Shown here: in pieces, positions 29,040 to 44,735 of the stretch
Position numbering within the stretch: the first letter of the stretch is position 1
Layout: the number at the start of each line of letters is the position of its first letter
Assembly: GCF_009914755.1 (NCBI RefSeq)
Contig: NC_060929.1
DNA from: the human T2T-CHM13v2.0 reference genome, Homo sapiens
Reading direction: 5' to 3' (one strand)
DNA: 64,000 nucleotides
Made by a program: the position numbers and the translations under genes
Notes under the pieces: generated by a model
Seen by the model: the letters and a program-made list of their open reading frames with translations, nothing else
What the model was told of the DNA's origin: nothing
The model's database searches: none

Positions 29040-30344
29040 CTCAATTTCCTCCCTAGGTGTCATGTCTGGCCTCTTCTACTCCTCTTTTATCTCTTTCGAC
29101 TAAATCTATAAATGGCTAGATTTTTGTTGATGCTTACCACAAACTTCACAAACCTAGTGAGAAGCAAGAAGAAAATCAGCATATTGTCACAGCTCCAAAC
29201 TAGCAGCAAGTCCTATAATTAAACCTTTCCTTTTTCTTTACCATGCCCAATCTCCCTCCTACCACACTCTCCCTCTAACTCTCATTTCTCTAGGAATGCC
29301 CTCCTCCTGAAAGCTTAAATATGGGCAATTACTTTATCCACAGCAAGCCAACAGTGCAGAAATTACCTCTGCCCTTCCCAACCCTGCCTCAGGGTATATG
29401 TTAATTACAGCTGTCAGAGGTAACTAGTAAAAGTAACTGGGGTATGGAGCCCTGGGATTGGGTGATTGGCTCATCTGAGCTCTATGGGTTCTTCCTAGTC
29501 CCCATGCTGAAAGAGGTGAATAATTTAATTATTCTAAGCAACACAAACTATGAAGAAAGGACTTAATAAAGGCTGTGAGTGCAGCCTTCTTGGTCAGATA
29601 AACCTGGATTCCAATATCTAGCCTCTGCCACCAACTAGTCCAGGGGCATTAGCCAATTCTGCTCTCTCTTCTACAAATGGTGTGGTATTAGTAATTATTT
29701 TTTTGCAGCATTGGTTCCCAAATTAAGTGAGATAATGAATGTGGGGTTCTCAAAAAAAATCATTTGGCCCAAAATAATCATAATATATTCTTATAAAATT
29801 TCATCAACATGCCACTTCCAATAGACAAATTTTTCTTGTTAACTAGGAGTGCCAAAAGAACAGTACTGCCTAGACATACTAGCAGAAACATACGGTTCTC
29901 AAATATTCTCATGTGATATGTTCAAAGTAACGTATTACTTTTAATAACAATACTTACTCATACCTCACACTCAATCTATTTTTTCCAACTCTGTAAATGA
30001 TAGTTTTTCTAAATTGTTACTATTTCTGAAATTGTGGTGGTTCTTAAAATTGATGCATACATTTACTGTAGTACTGCAACTGCTTTCTCTTAAATAATTG
30101 TATTGAAATGCACAGGGTGTCTTACAATCAGTGGTGCTTTAATTACATAATTAAGTAAAATAGCATTATTAAAAATGCATTGTCTCCTTTAAGACATGAG
30201 CAGAGCCATGTTCTCGGAAGTTTCAAAAGATCTAGCAGACTGCTTAAATTGTCAGCAAACTTCCCCTTTGAATTTTTTACTGTATCCTTGGGTCTCTCAC
30301 CTTCATTCTTCACTGCTGTCTTTATCTTCTAACTACTACTTTCT

Positions 30345-30560
30345 GATTACTTGCTATGTTCTATGTACTTTGTCAAGTGCCTTATCAATGCCATTTTATT
30401 TTACTGCACATAGTTCTAGAGGTGGATAAAATTAAGGATGAGGATATTGAGGCTCTGATAGGAAAACTGAGGCTCAGACGGTAAAGTGATGGCCCTATTC
30501 CACAGTAAATGAGACAGTTCAAATTTAAGACTGACTCCAAACCCATGATTCTTAAGCACT
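30345..30560 (-). mobile_element. MIR fragment
   Basis: ggaaaactgaggctcagacggtaaagtga...gactgactccaaacccatg. Confidence 0.6.
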
Positions 30561-31065
30561 ACCAGAGTGTCTTGATTATAAAGAAATGGCTTCAATAAGC
30601 AAAGAAATAACACTGACCTCACAGGAATAATTTCATGTTGGAAAACAGAGGATGAGGCTGTCGAAGTAGCACCACGGAGTTGCAAAAGCTTACAAGGTAA
30701 ATATAAAGGTATGACTACCTCCTTCTACCAGAGTTTCTCCTTCTGAGAGCTTTTGTTTGATCCACAAAAATGCACTTATTCAGACTCCATTGATGAGGGG
30801 AACAGCTATTGATGGATATTCTGAAAAAATTGAAAGGCAGTGCTCATGACATTTTAGAATACTTGTGGAGTTTTTTTCTCCTTGAAATAACATTTTAATT
30901 CCTAAATATCACCTTAGAGCATAAAGTCTTCTCCTGAGCATCAAGTGGCCCAGTGCTACATTCATATCCCTCCAACTTTATCTTCTACTGCTTGATACTG
31001 AATGAATTCAGAAGAAGAGTTTCCTGAAAGACCACACCTTTTCTGTTAGAACACATTGCTTTCCA

Positions 31066-31081
31066 CTCTACTGGGCTTCTT
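31066..31081. repeat. Target-site duplication, left copy (CTCTACTGGGCTTCTT)
   Basis: Exact 16-bp match to 37662-37677, directly abutting the distal poly(T). Confidence 0.95.
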
Positions 31082-31123
31082 TTTTTTTTTTTTTTTTTTT
31101 TTTCTTAATTCAGTGTGAGAGGC

Positions 31124-31129
31124 TTTATT
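31124..31129 (-). terminator. Polyadenylation signal AATAAA used by the read-through L1 transcript
   Basis: tttatt on the + strand, about 20 nt upstream (minus-strand sense) of the poly(A) starting at 31103. Confidence 0.85.
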
Positions 31130-31302
31130 TTTTAACACAGCACTTTAATCCATTTACATTTATTTTTGTAATTCACATATTTGAACATGTTCATACTTAA
31201 TTTTACTCATGAAAGGGTGAGCATGGATGTACTAAAAATGTAAGCAATAATTAATGAATGGTTACAAACTCATTATTTTACTTGTTTATGTTATATAGTG
31301 GT

Positions 31303-31445
31303 AATAACAATAATCACCAACGTATATGACCTTACTATGTGCCAGACACTGATCTATATATTCCTGTCTACATTAATTCATTTGATGCTTACAAAGTAAA
31401 CATTTACTACATAAAGAACCTAAGGCAAAGCATGAGTGAGAAAGT
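31303..31445 (-). mobile_element. MIR fragment inside the transduced segment
   Basis: Contains cttactatgtgccagacactg and cattaattcatttgatgcttaca, typical MIR motifs. Boundaries approximate. Confidence 0.55.
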
Positions 31446-31860
31446 ACTGAGTTAAATGTCTATGTTTTTAGTAGTTCTTTGTGAAATATTGTGATGGAAC
31501 TTACAGGTCTTCTTTGTGCTACTAAGAGAATGTCCTTCCAGTCTATATGCATTAAAATGATTTTATCCAGAATTGGTGATGAATTCTACTTAATGTCTTT
31601 CTACATCTATCAAATTAATCATGTATTCTTCTTTTTTTTTTTTTTTTTTTTTTTTATTATACTCTAAGTTTTAGGGTACATGTGCACATTGTGCAGGTTA
31701 GTTACATATGTATACATGTGCCATGCTGGTGCGCTGCACCCACTAATGTGTCATCTAGCATTAGGTATATCTCCCAATGCTATCCCTCCCCCCTCCCCCG
31801 ACCCCACCACAGTCCCCAGAGTGTGATATTCCCCTTCCTGTGTCCATGTGATCTCATTGT

Positions 31861-35712
<3,852 letters not shown>

Positions 35713-35751
35713 TCATTAGTTGATGCAGTTTCTTCCTAGTCTCGATGGTCT

Positions 35752-36768
35752 TTACATTTTGGCATGATTTTGCAGCGGCTGGTACCGGTTGTTCCTTTCC
35801 ATGTTTAGTGCTTCCTTCAGGAGCTCTTTTAGGGTAGGCCTGGTGGTGACAAAATCTCTCAGCATTTGCTTGTCTGTAAAGTATTTTCTTTCTCCTTCAC
35901 TTATGAAGCTTAGTTTGGCTGGAAATGAAATTCTGGGTTGAAAATTCTTTTCTTTAAGAATGTTGAATATTGGCCCCCACTCTCTTCTGGCTTGTAGGGT
36001 TTCTGCCGAGAGATCTGCTGTTAGTCTGATGGGCTTCCCTTTGAGGGTAACCCGACCTTTCTCTCTGGCTGCCCTTAACATTTTTTCCTTCATTTCAACT
36101 TTGGTGAATCTGACAATTATGTGTCTTGGAGTTGCTCTTCTCGACGAGTATCTTTGTGGCGTTCTCTGTATTTCCTGAATCTGAACGTTGGCCTGCCTTG
36201 CTAGATTGGGGAAGTTCTCCTGGATAATATCCTGCAGAGTGTTTTCCAACTTGGTTCCATTCTCCACATCACTTTCAGGTACACCAATCAGACGTAGATT
36301 TGGCCTTTTCACATAGTCCCATATTTCTTGGAGGCTTTGCTCATTTCTTTTTATTCTTTTTTCTCTAAACTTCCCTTCTCGCTTCATTTCATTCATTTCA
36401 TCTTCCATTGCTGATACCCTTTCTTCCAGTTGATCGCATCGGCTCCTGAGGCTTCTGCATTCTTCACGTAGTTCTCGAGCCTTGGTTTTCAGCTCCATCA
36501 GCTCCTTTAAGCACTTCTCTGTATTGGTTATTCTAGTTATACATTCTTCTAAATTTTTTTCAAAGTTTTCAACTTCTTTGCCTTTGGTTTGAATGTCCTC
36601 CCGTAGCTCAGAGTAATTTGATCGTCTGAAGCCTTCTTCTCTCAGCTCATCAAAATCATTCTCCATCCAGCTTTGTTCTGTTGCTGGTGAGGAACTGCGT
36701 TCCTTTGGAGGAGGAGAGGCGCTCTGCGTTTTAGAGTTTCCAGTTTTTCTGTTCTGTTTTTTCCCCAT
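35752..36768 (-). CDS. ORF1: LINE-1 ORF1p RNA-binding/chaperone protein, 338 aa
   Basis: Uninterrupted 338-aa ORF, MGKKQNRKTGNSK...QNHAKM. REKG and ARR motifs are intact; YPAKLS reads FPAKLS. Confidence 0.98.
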   Translation of the reverse strand: MGKKQNRKTGNSKTQSASPPPKERSSSPATEQSWMENDFDELREEGFRRSNYSELREDIQTKGKEVENFEKNLEECITRITNTEKCLKELMELKTKARELREECRSLRSRCDQLEERVSAMEDEMNEMKREGKFREKRIKRNEQSLQEIWDYVKRPNLRLIGVPESDVENGTKLENTLQDIIQENFPNLARQANVQIQEIQRTPQRYSSRRATPRHIIVRFTKVEMKEKMLRAAREKGRVTLKGKPIRLTADLSAETLQARREWGPIFNILKEKNFQPRISFPAKLSFISEGERKYFTDKQMLRDFVTTRPTLKELLKEALNMERNNRYQPLQNHAKM

Positions 36769-37661
36769 CTTTGTGGTTTTATCTACTTTTGGTCTTTGAT
36801 GATGGTGATGTACAGATGGGTTTTCGGTGTAGATGTCCTTTCTGGTTGTTAGTTTTCCTTCTAACAGACAGGACCCTCAGCTGCAGGTCTGTTGGAGTAC
36901 CCTGCCGTGTGACCCTGCTGGGGGGTGCCTCCCAGTTAGGCTGCTCGGGGGTCAGGGGTCAGGGACCCACTTGAGGAGGCAGTCTGCCCGTTCTCAGATC
37001 TCCAGCTGCGTGCTGGGAGAACCACTGCTCTCTTCAAAGCTGTCTGACAGGGACACTTAAGTCTGCAGAGGTTACTGCTGCCTTTTTGTTTGTCTGTGCC
37101 CTGCCCCCAGAGGTGGAGCCTACAGAGGCAGGCAGGCCTCCTTGAGCTGTGGTGGGCTCCACCCAGTTCGAGCTTCCCGGCTGCTTTGTTTACCTAAGCA
37201 AGCCTGGGCAATGGCGGGCGCCCCTCCCCCAGCCTCGTTGCCGCCTTGCAGTTTGATCTCAGACTGCTGTGCTAGCAATCAGCGAGATTCCGTGGGCGTA
37301 GGACCCTCTGAGCCAGGTGTGGGATATAGTCTCGTGGTGCGCCGTTTTTTAAGCCGGTCTGAAAAGCGCAATATTCGGGTGGGAGTGACCCGATTTTCCA
37401 GGTGCGTCCGTCACCCCTTTCTTTGACTCGGAAAGGGAACTCCCTGACCCCTTGCGCTTCCCAGGTGAGGCAATGCCTCGCCCTGCTTCGGCTCGCGCAC
37501 AGTGTGCACACACACTGGCCTGCGCCCACTGTCTGGCACTCCCTAGTGAGATGAACCCGGTACCTCAGATGGAAATGCAGAAATCACCCGTCTTCTGCGT
37601 CGCTCACGCTGGGAGCTGTAGACCGGAGCTGTTCCTATTCGGCCATCTTGGCTCCTCCCCC
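36769..37661 (-). promoter_or_regulatory. L1HS 5'UTR: CpG-rich internal sense promoter plus antisense promoter
   Basis: 893-nt CpG-rich segment upstream of the ORF1 ATG, with an intact YY1 site (AAGATGGCC, 37641-37649 on the minus strand). Confidence 0.92.
37211..37426 (+). CDS. ORF0: LINE-1 antisense ORF0, 71 aa
   Basis: ATG at 37211 gives MAGAPPPASLPPCSLISDCC...RCVRHPFL, matching primate L1 ORF0 in the 5'UTR antisense strand. Confidence 0.9.
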   Translation: MAGAPPPASLPPCSLISDCCASNQRDSVGVGPSEPGVGYSLVVRRFLSRSEKRNIRVGVTRFSRCVRHPFL

Positions 37662-37677
37662 CTCTACTGGGCTTCTT
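37662..37677. repeat. Target-site duplication, right copy (CTCTACTGGGCTTCTT)
   Basis: Directly adjoins the first base of the L1 5'UTR and is identical to 31066-31081. Confidence 0.95.
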
Positions 37678-37806
37678 GGGAGGAAATAAAGTGGGATATC
37701 TAAGGTGAGATTCTGACTATAAATTGCTTGACTATCAGCAAACTATCTCTTATCAAAATGATGTCTGGACAGTCACAACACCTGAAATTTTTACAGCGGA
37801 GTCATT

Positions 37807-37841
37807 TGTGTGTGTGTGTGTGTGTGTGTCTGTGTGTGTGT
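37807..37841. repeat. (TG)n microsatellite about 130 bp from the L1HS TSD
   Basis: Direct reading of the sequence; one interruption. Confidence 0.95.
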
Positions 37842-37931
37842 AAAAAAGATAATTATTCTCTCTAGATCCTGATGTGGCTAGGTAAGAATTCTTAATTATT
37901 TTTATTAAGCACCCAGAATCCACTTATCTTC

Positions 37932-38302
<371 letters not shown>

Positions 38303-38849
38303 TGATGGCCTTAATCACCTGTTCCATGTACAGATGCCCATAGGTTCAAATCATCAGTCCACTGTCTTTTGTGGGTTGACTTACATTGGTTCAGAGGTGA
38401 CCTTGTTTGGTCCAAATGGAAGGTCTGACTCTGCGCTTGGGGGAATGGCTTCTATCTCAGTCTGTGCATTTGTCTTATCTCTTTTCTGTAGGAGGTAAAC
38501 AAAAAGCTATCTATATTTCCCCAAATATTATTAGCAGCTATACTGTCACCATAAGATTATCAGTTCTGTAATGAAATAAATATCTGAGGAAGGCAGAATG
38601 GAGAAATGGAAAAAAAAATGAGCCCATGGTAACATCATTGAGTATAACCTGCATCTGAACTTTCAGTTGCAGACATAAGGATAATGTTGTTTAAGTAGGT
38701 TTGAGATAATAATTGTGTTTCTTGCACCCAAAAGCATGCACATGGGTTCTGTACTTTGAGAGGCATAAATGATTGATTAGAGGAAACATGGAAGATGGAA
38801 CTATTTTGGTAGAGGGCAGCAATACTGACCCAATCCAACTGGTCAGGCC

Positions 38850-39560
38850 AAAATTCCAGAAGTTATTTTTGGCTCTTTATTATTTATCACCTCAAAATGG
38901 TTAGAAACTTTATTTACCTCCAAGATATTCTGTTTTTCATCTATTTTCCTTGAACACAATCTTATCCCAAGTATCCTGCATTTCTTGCCTGAGACATCAT
39001 CATATCTACCCAAGTGGTCTCCTCCTACTACTATTGCCACACTCTAATTGTTCACATTCACATCACAGAGAGATTTTGAAAATCTTTTAATGATTCCCTA
39101 TCACACAGGGGTCAGAAGCTGCATTTCTTATCAGGACACAGAGAGTCCTATATAATCTGCCATCCACCTTTGCAGCCTCATCTCCTACCTTACTTTCCCA
39201 GTATTTCTTCCATTCCAGGCACTCTGACCTCTTTCCATTCTTTTACTTAAGTTTATTCTTGCACCAGGAACTTTGCACTTTTCTATCTATGGTGATTTTT
39301 CTTGGCTTTACTTGGTTGACTCATTCCCACCCTTGAAGTCTCAGCTTAAATATCACCTCCTTAGAAAAGCCATTTCTTTATCTTTTAATGTTTCACTTAT
39401 TGTTTTCTGCTCTGCCTTATTCAACATTGATCACATCATCCCATGTGTTTCCTTATTGTTCTTACTAAAATCAAATTATATTCTGCTGTTTGTACATTTT
39501 TTGTTTAGGTTTGTCTCCTTTTGGGGAAAATCATCCTTATGGAGGGAAGAATCTGAATGA
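38850..39560 (+). mobile_element. L2 fragment
   Basis: Pyrimidine-rich L2 motifs: ctttgcacttt...cttgaagtctcagcttaaatatcacctccttagaaaagcc. Boundaries approximate. Confidence 0.55.
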
Positions 39561-39587
39561 TTTGCCTACCTAAGACACTGACTTAGG

Positions 39588-40123
39588 TGGTAACTTGCTC
39601 TGGCAGGCTTAAAATCTTGCTGAAAATTCTTCAATATGCCCCCCTTTGAGAGGTGGAATATATGTTCCCTGTTCTTAAACCTGGTGAAGCTTTGACAAAT
39701 ATAGTTCTTTGTGACTTTTGAGAGTTAGTCATAAAAAGCTATGTGCTTTCTAACTGTTTGCTGGAAAAGCTCTGTCATGGAGCCCTGAGACACCTTCCAG
39801 TTACTCAGCCTGCTGTGCCAGAGAGGCTGCACATAGGTGCTTTGGTAAGTAGTGCAAGCTGATATCTTTCTAAGCCATCCCAACCCAGCATCCAGATATC
39901 TGAATAAATAATCCATCTTGAAAGTAGATGTGTTCCAGGCTCCAGTCATTCAAACAATCTTAGCTGAGGCCATGAAAATTGTAAAATCACAGAGTAGATA
40001 AAAGATGCCCTGTTGGTGCCCTTTCTGAATTCTTGACTCAAATAATCTATGAGCATAGTGAAATAATTATTTTATGCCATAAATTTCAGGATGTATTATA
40101 ATATAACAATAGGCATCTGAAAC
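39588..40123 (+). mobile_element. MaLR LTR (MLT1-like)
   Basis: MLT1-type 3' end: ttttatgccataaatttcagg...aacaataggcatctgaaaca. Boundaries approximate. Confidence 0.6.
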
Positions 40124-43100
40124 ACTGGCCCCAACCAAATGTTCAAAACTATTTGCTGAATGAGACTGACCATGCACCTTATAGGGACAATTATTTAGAG
40201 ATCTGGGTTCTAGTCCAGGCTCTGCCACTAATGTATTATCTGACCTTAGGAAAATCCTTCCTATCTACGAGTTTCAATTTCCTCATATGTACATTCAGAT
40301 GATATAGTTAGCTAAATCTTAGGCCCCTTCCACTTAATTATTAGTCTATAGATGATGGTTCCAGCAACAGCAAAGAAAATTAATAACCTGAAATAGAGGT
40401 TTTCCCTTCTTTGAGTATTAACACAGTTTAAAGAATATAATCTGTAGATCTCTGGGCAGGCTGGAGACAATGAGATAATTTGACAAGGCACACATTTCTC
40501 TGCCTCTGAGTATTCACATGGAAATAATTTGTCTTTTCCCTTAAAGACAGATCATGTGGGATGAAGGAGCTTAGCGGGCAGATGGGTTAATTGGGGAAGA
40601 AGGAGGGAAAGTCTGCAAATGAATGGCTTCTAAAGGTTTCCATTTTTATAACTGAACTATTTTCTTTTTTTCCTGAAGTTCTGAAATCTCTTTCTACAGT
40701 GTTGACTCCAGAAACCAGAGGATGAAACAAAAACTGAAGCAGAAACATGGCAGCAAGACCACTAGGTCTGTGGGCTGCTCTCAAAGCAGGGAAGCTATGT
40801 GCCAGTCGCCACTCTGACCTTTCAATTGTGTAAAATAATGATCCCTCTCTGCACCCTCTTCACTAGGAGATGAATGTATCTTCCCCAAAGGCACACAGGA
40901 AATCGATTGAAATGAGGATAATAACAAACAAGAGTATCCTAATTTGTAATCCGGTACCATTTCACTACACCAAGCACCCTCTCCAACACTTGATGGGCTA
41001 CCCGGCATGGGCATCAATTTCCAAAGAAGGAAAAGCATGGAAAACCCACTTTTTACTGCCTTTGGGATCTTTCTGAGTTTATTCACTAAGGATAGATATT
41101 TGGAGTCTGACTGGGTGGGGAACTAGAGAATAAGAGAAGACATGAGAGAGGTCATTCTCATTATGAGTAGAGTAGGTAGGATGGTGATCTTAGCTTATAG
41201 GCCCATTAGTTGTTATGGTTTAGACATCTGCCACTGTGAACATGGAAGAAGCACATTCCAGAAAGAGGAATTGAGAAGACTTCTGCAGGAAAACTGATCA
41301 GAAAGAATCAAAGCAAATAGATCAGCCTGTGGCTATGTCAGCCACTGCTTACCTTGCCTTTCTTCAGCTAAGTTCATATGGAGCCTCAGAATCTTTCTCA
41401 ACATGGCACCATAAACAGCCATAATAGATTAGAGCTATGGCAAAAGACCAAAATGATCCTCTCACCCAAGGGAGAAAGTGATTTTGAATACAGCCTGGTT
41501 TCAATTGTCAGACTTTTTTCCCCAAACGCAACTCCCTCTAAAAGACGCAAAGATTGATATGTCTGGAATAAAACCTATCTAATGGGAGGGGGATCTTGTT
41601 TTTTAAAAGTCACACAATTAGACACAAAACCCAGACTTCCACATTTGTGGTTAAATGCCTCCTGTATTACACAGCAGTGCCCTCATGGAATTCTCTCTAA
41701 TAAAGATCCAATGGCCTGCGGTTAGAACAGGCTAGAATAGGTGTAAGGAGCAAAACAATAATTTTATATGATACAATTCTCTTTCACTTTGCCTATTTGA
41801 ATTTAAATGAACTTTACAGAGGAAGAAAGTACAGAATACATACAAACTATTTTTCTCATTGGGTAACTGGTCCTATATGGCTCCTTTCACCATAAAAATG
41901 CTAAAAAAAAAAAGGAGTGATTTAAAAATTAAAGTCCTATATAATGTAAATGATTAGTACCATTAACAATCTGAGTGTACTTTAAAAATTCGGATGTACT
42001 TTCAAAAGTTCAAGGAAAACAATTACTATTAGGATACTGGAAGGTAGACGTTTATTGAGAAACTGGTTAATTATTCCATACAATCAATTTAGCTAAAGTG
42101 AATTTAATTCTATTCAATCTTCTCCTGTTCTGAGAGAGTGAAATTACAAACCAAAATGCAAGCCAAAGAAAAAAGAGACAACTGTCATGTGAATAGACTA
42201 CATTTTACATGATTGTTTGAGGAGTAGCCCAGCCAAAATGAGGCAGGAAGGGGAAGATGAGGCAAGTGTGTGATGGTACGCCCAGAGCCTACCTGCCACC
42301 ATCCTCAAATCACATACACCACATGGACATTACAAATTAATTACAGCACTCCTTTCTGTTAAAAATTGATGAGGGCCTCAGAACTCTCCTCAATAAAATA
42401 GTATTGCCTGCTCTGGCAGCCAACCGGACTTGACATATGAAATGAGAACCTATGTACAAAACGTTGGCTATTAATAATGGTCTAAGAATTAAGATACCTG
42501 TGTTCTAGTCTCAGCTTGGCCACCAACTGAGACTAGACAAATTGTGCACCAAGGACACATTTCTTACCCTTTCCAGGTACTAGTGCCCTATCAGTAAATG
42601 GAAGAAAAAAATTCCAATATTGCTTATATTAGAATCATTGCATTATTGTTTTCTGGAAGAGATCTTACCGATAAGTTAAACTTGCCAAGCCACCCAATGT
42701 CAGAATGTAGGGAGTGAGGGTAAAGCAGAAGGAGTGTTTTACACTGTTTTTGCAAAGTTATTTTAAATTCAAGTAGTCAAAAGAAGCAGAAAAATATTGT
42801 ATCAAATTATTACCAGTTTCTTTCCTATTCTATTCTGTTTTAACACTATGCCATTGTATCACTGTTAGAATTCCTTGGGGAAATCTCAGAAGGATGCAAA
42901 AGACCCTGATTAAAATAGCAAATCTTGGGTTTTGCTCCTCACTAGCCATGTGGTTTTGTTAAAATAGTTTCTCCTCTAGGATGCTACCTACTCCAAATAT
43001 ATCTATCTCTATTTTTCATACTTCCAGCCTCTAAAACGGATAGTCGATCGTACCAAAAACCTATGGACAGCCAGATTCTTTTTCTCTAGTGAATCTGAAC

Positions 43101-44064
43101 TGTGATTTATAGAAACTGAAGCCAATCCATCACAAGCCTTTGGGTGGAAAGTTTTCACAGAGACAGTATGTGAGCATCTATGTTGCTTCATGATCAAGAT
43201 GAGGAGGTAGAGGTAAGTGTTCAGGAGAGTGCAAAGCAGAGGGATTTAAGAGATAATACTATTTGCCTAGGTTCTACCTATACAGTTTTTATTTCAAATT
43301 TCATTGATGGTCTGAGAGGCTTCATCACCTCATCACCTGTCCCAGACTTCTCTGAGCTCTCTGTAACCTTACCATGAATTGTCCTTTCTTTTGGCCAACT
43401 TTTGTTCCTGCAGTTAAACCATGTTCTGTTTAATGAGAGGAAATGATGAAGGAGTGGCTTGGACTGAGACCTCTGAAGTCACTTTCGTGAATCTGTACTT
43501 GTTTGTTTCCATTATGATGAAGGCTGTCTCCACTCTGAGGCTAACTTGACATCAGCTGACCAGTTTCATGTGGGAACTTTACTTGCCCACATTCTCATCC
43601 ATTCAATTGTCTAGAGCCTATACTAAGTGTTGGGTGAACTCTTACCTCTTCTTACACTGAGATTTCTTTGATCCCAGTTTTTCCAGCATCTTTACCTTTC
43701 TCTGTGTCTGCTTTTTTTTTATCCCTCTGTTGCCCTTGCCTATCCTTCCCAACAAATGTATTGCTGCAAACTTAACCCTTCATGCAGTCAAGATGACCCC
43801 TAAAGACTGACACATTTCTAAGAATCTGTTCAAGTATAGCTGTCTCAAGCAGTTTCCCAAAAGGAGTAAGATACAGACTTCTAGAGTCAAACTTGGGTTT
43901 GAATCCTACCTCCATGAATCGCCGGAAATGCAATCATGGAAAAGTTACTTTTCTGAACCTCAGTTCTTTCATATTTAAAATAAAGTCAAATCAGATCATG
44001 TGTTTGCTGGTCTAGCACCGTTCCTTGGATTTAATAATGACTCAGTAAATGCTGTCACTCTTAT

Positions 44065-44735
44065 TGAAGCAGGAGAATAGGGTCTGGAAGCAGGGAACTG
44101 AAGACCAATTTGTGCTGACTTTCTAAAAGGAAAAACACCAGGGCCTGGGGGCAGGGAATCTAAGGTCAATTCACGCTGATTTCCCAAACCTAGAGCACAA
44201 GGAAAACACCTGGGTATAGGGGCAGGGAACCTAAGGCCAATTAATACCAACTTCCAAAAGCTAAACCAAGAAAACAAAAAATCAGAAAAACTCATCTCCC
44301 CAAGCCCCCCAGAGTAGAAAAGGATCAAAGGCTACTTTCCCTACATCCCTCATGCTTCCACCACAGATGGAAAGAGAGAATGCCCTGGATTGCCTGCAGG
44401 CCAAGCATGGCCATCCCTTCATCTGCACAGGGAACAAATTCACCTCAGCCATTAATTAGCCATGGACCAAATCCTTCATCCAGATAAGGGGTAGCCAATA
44501 GGGACCTCAGAAGGAGTACTTAACACCTAGAAAACTTTGTAACTGGGCCCTTGAGCCGCTTACTCGGGCTCAGTCCAACCCCATGGAGTGCTTTCTTGCT
44601 TTAATAAATCCCTGCTTTCGCTGCTTTGTTCCTGTGTTTCATTCCTTTGTTACTTTGTGTGTTTTGTTCAATTCTTCGTTCAAAACTCCAAGGATCTGAA
44701 CAACTTACACTCACGGGGCCTTCCTTCCAGTAACA
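44065..44735 (+). mobile_element. ERV1-class solo LTR (MER66/LTR27-like)
   Basis: TG...CA termini, start TGAAGCAGGAGAATAGGGTCTGG, AATAAA at 44603-44608, near-match 4-bp TSD ttat/tcat. Confidence 0.75.

Larger units (their letters stand above)
31104..31631 (-). other. 3'-transduced sequence (528 bp) carried by the L1HS insertion
   Basis: Lies between the L1 poly(A) (31632-31655) and a second poly(A) (31082-31103), inside the TSD pair. It ends about 20 nt after an AATAAA. Confidence 0.93.

Noticed and set aside
31621-31631. A TSD directly beside the L1's own poly(A)
   Set aside because: atgtattcttc shares only ttctt with the 5' junction sequence. The true 16-bp match is about 550 bp further out, at 31066-31081.
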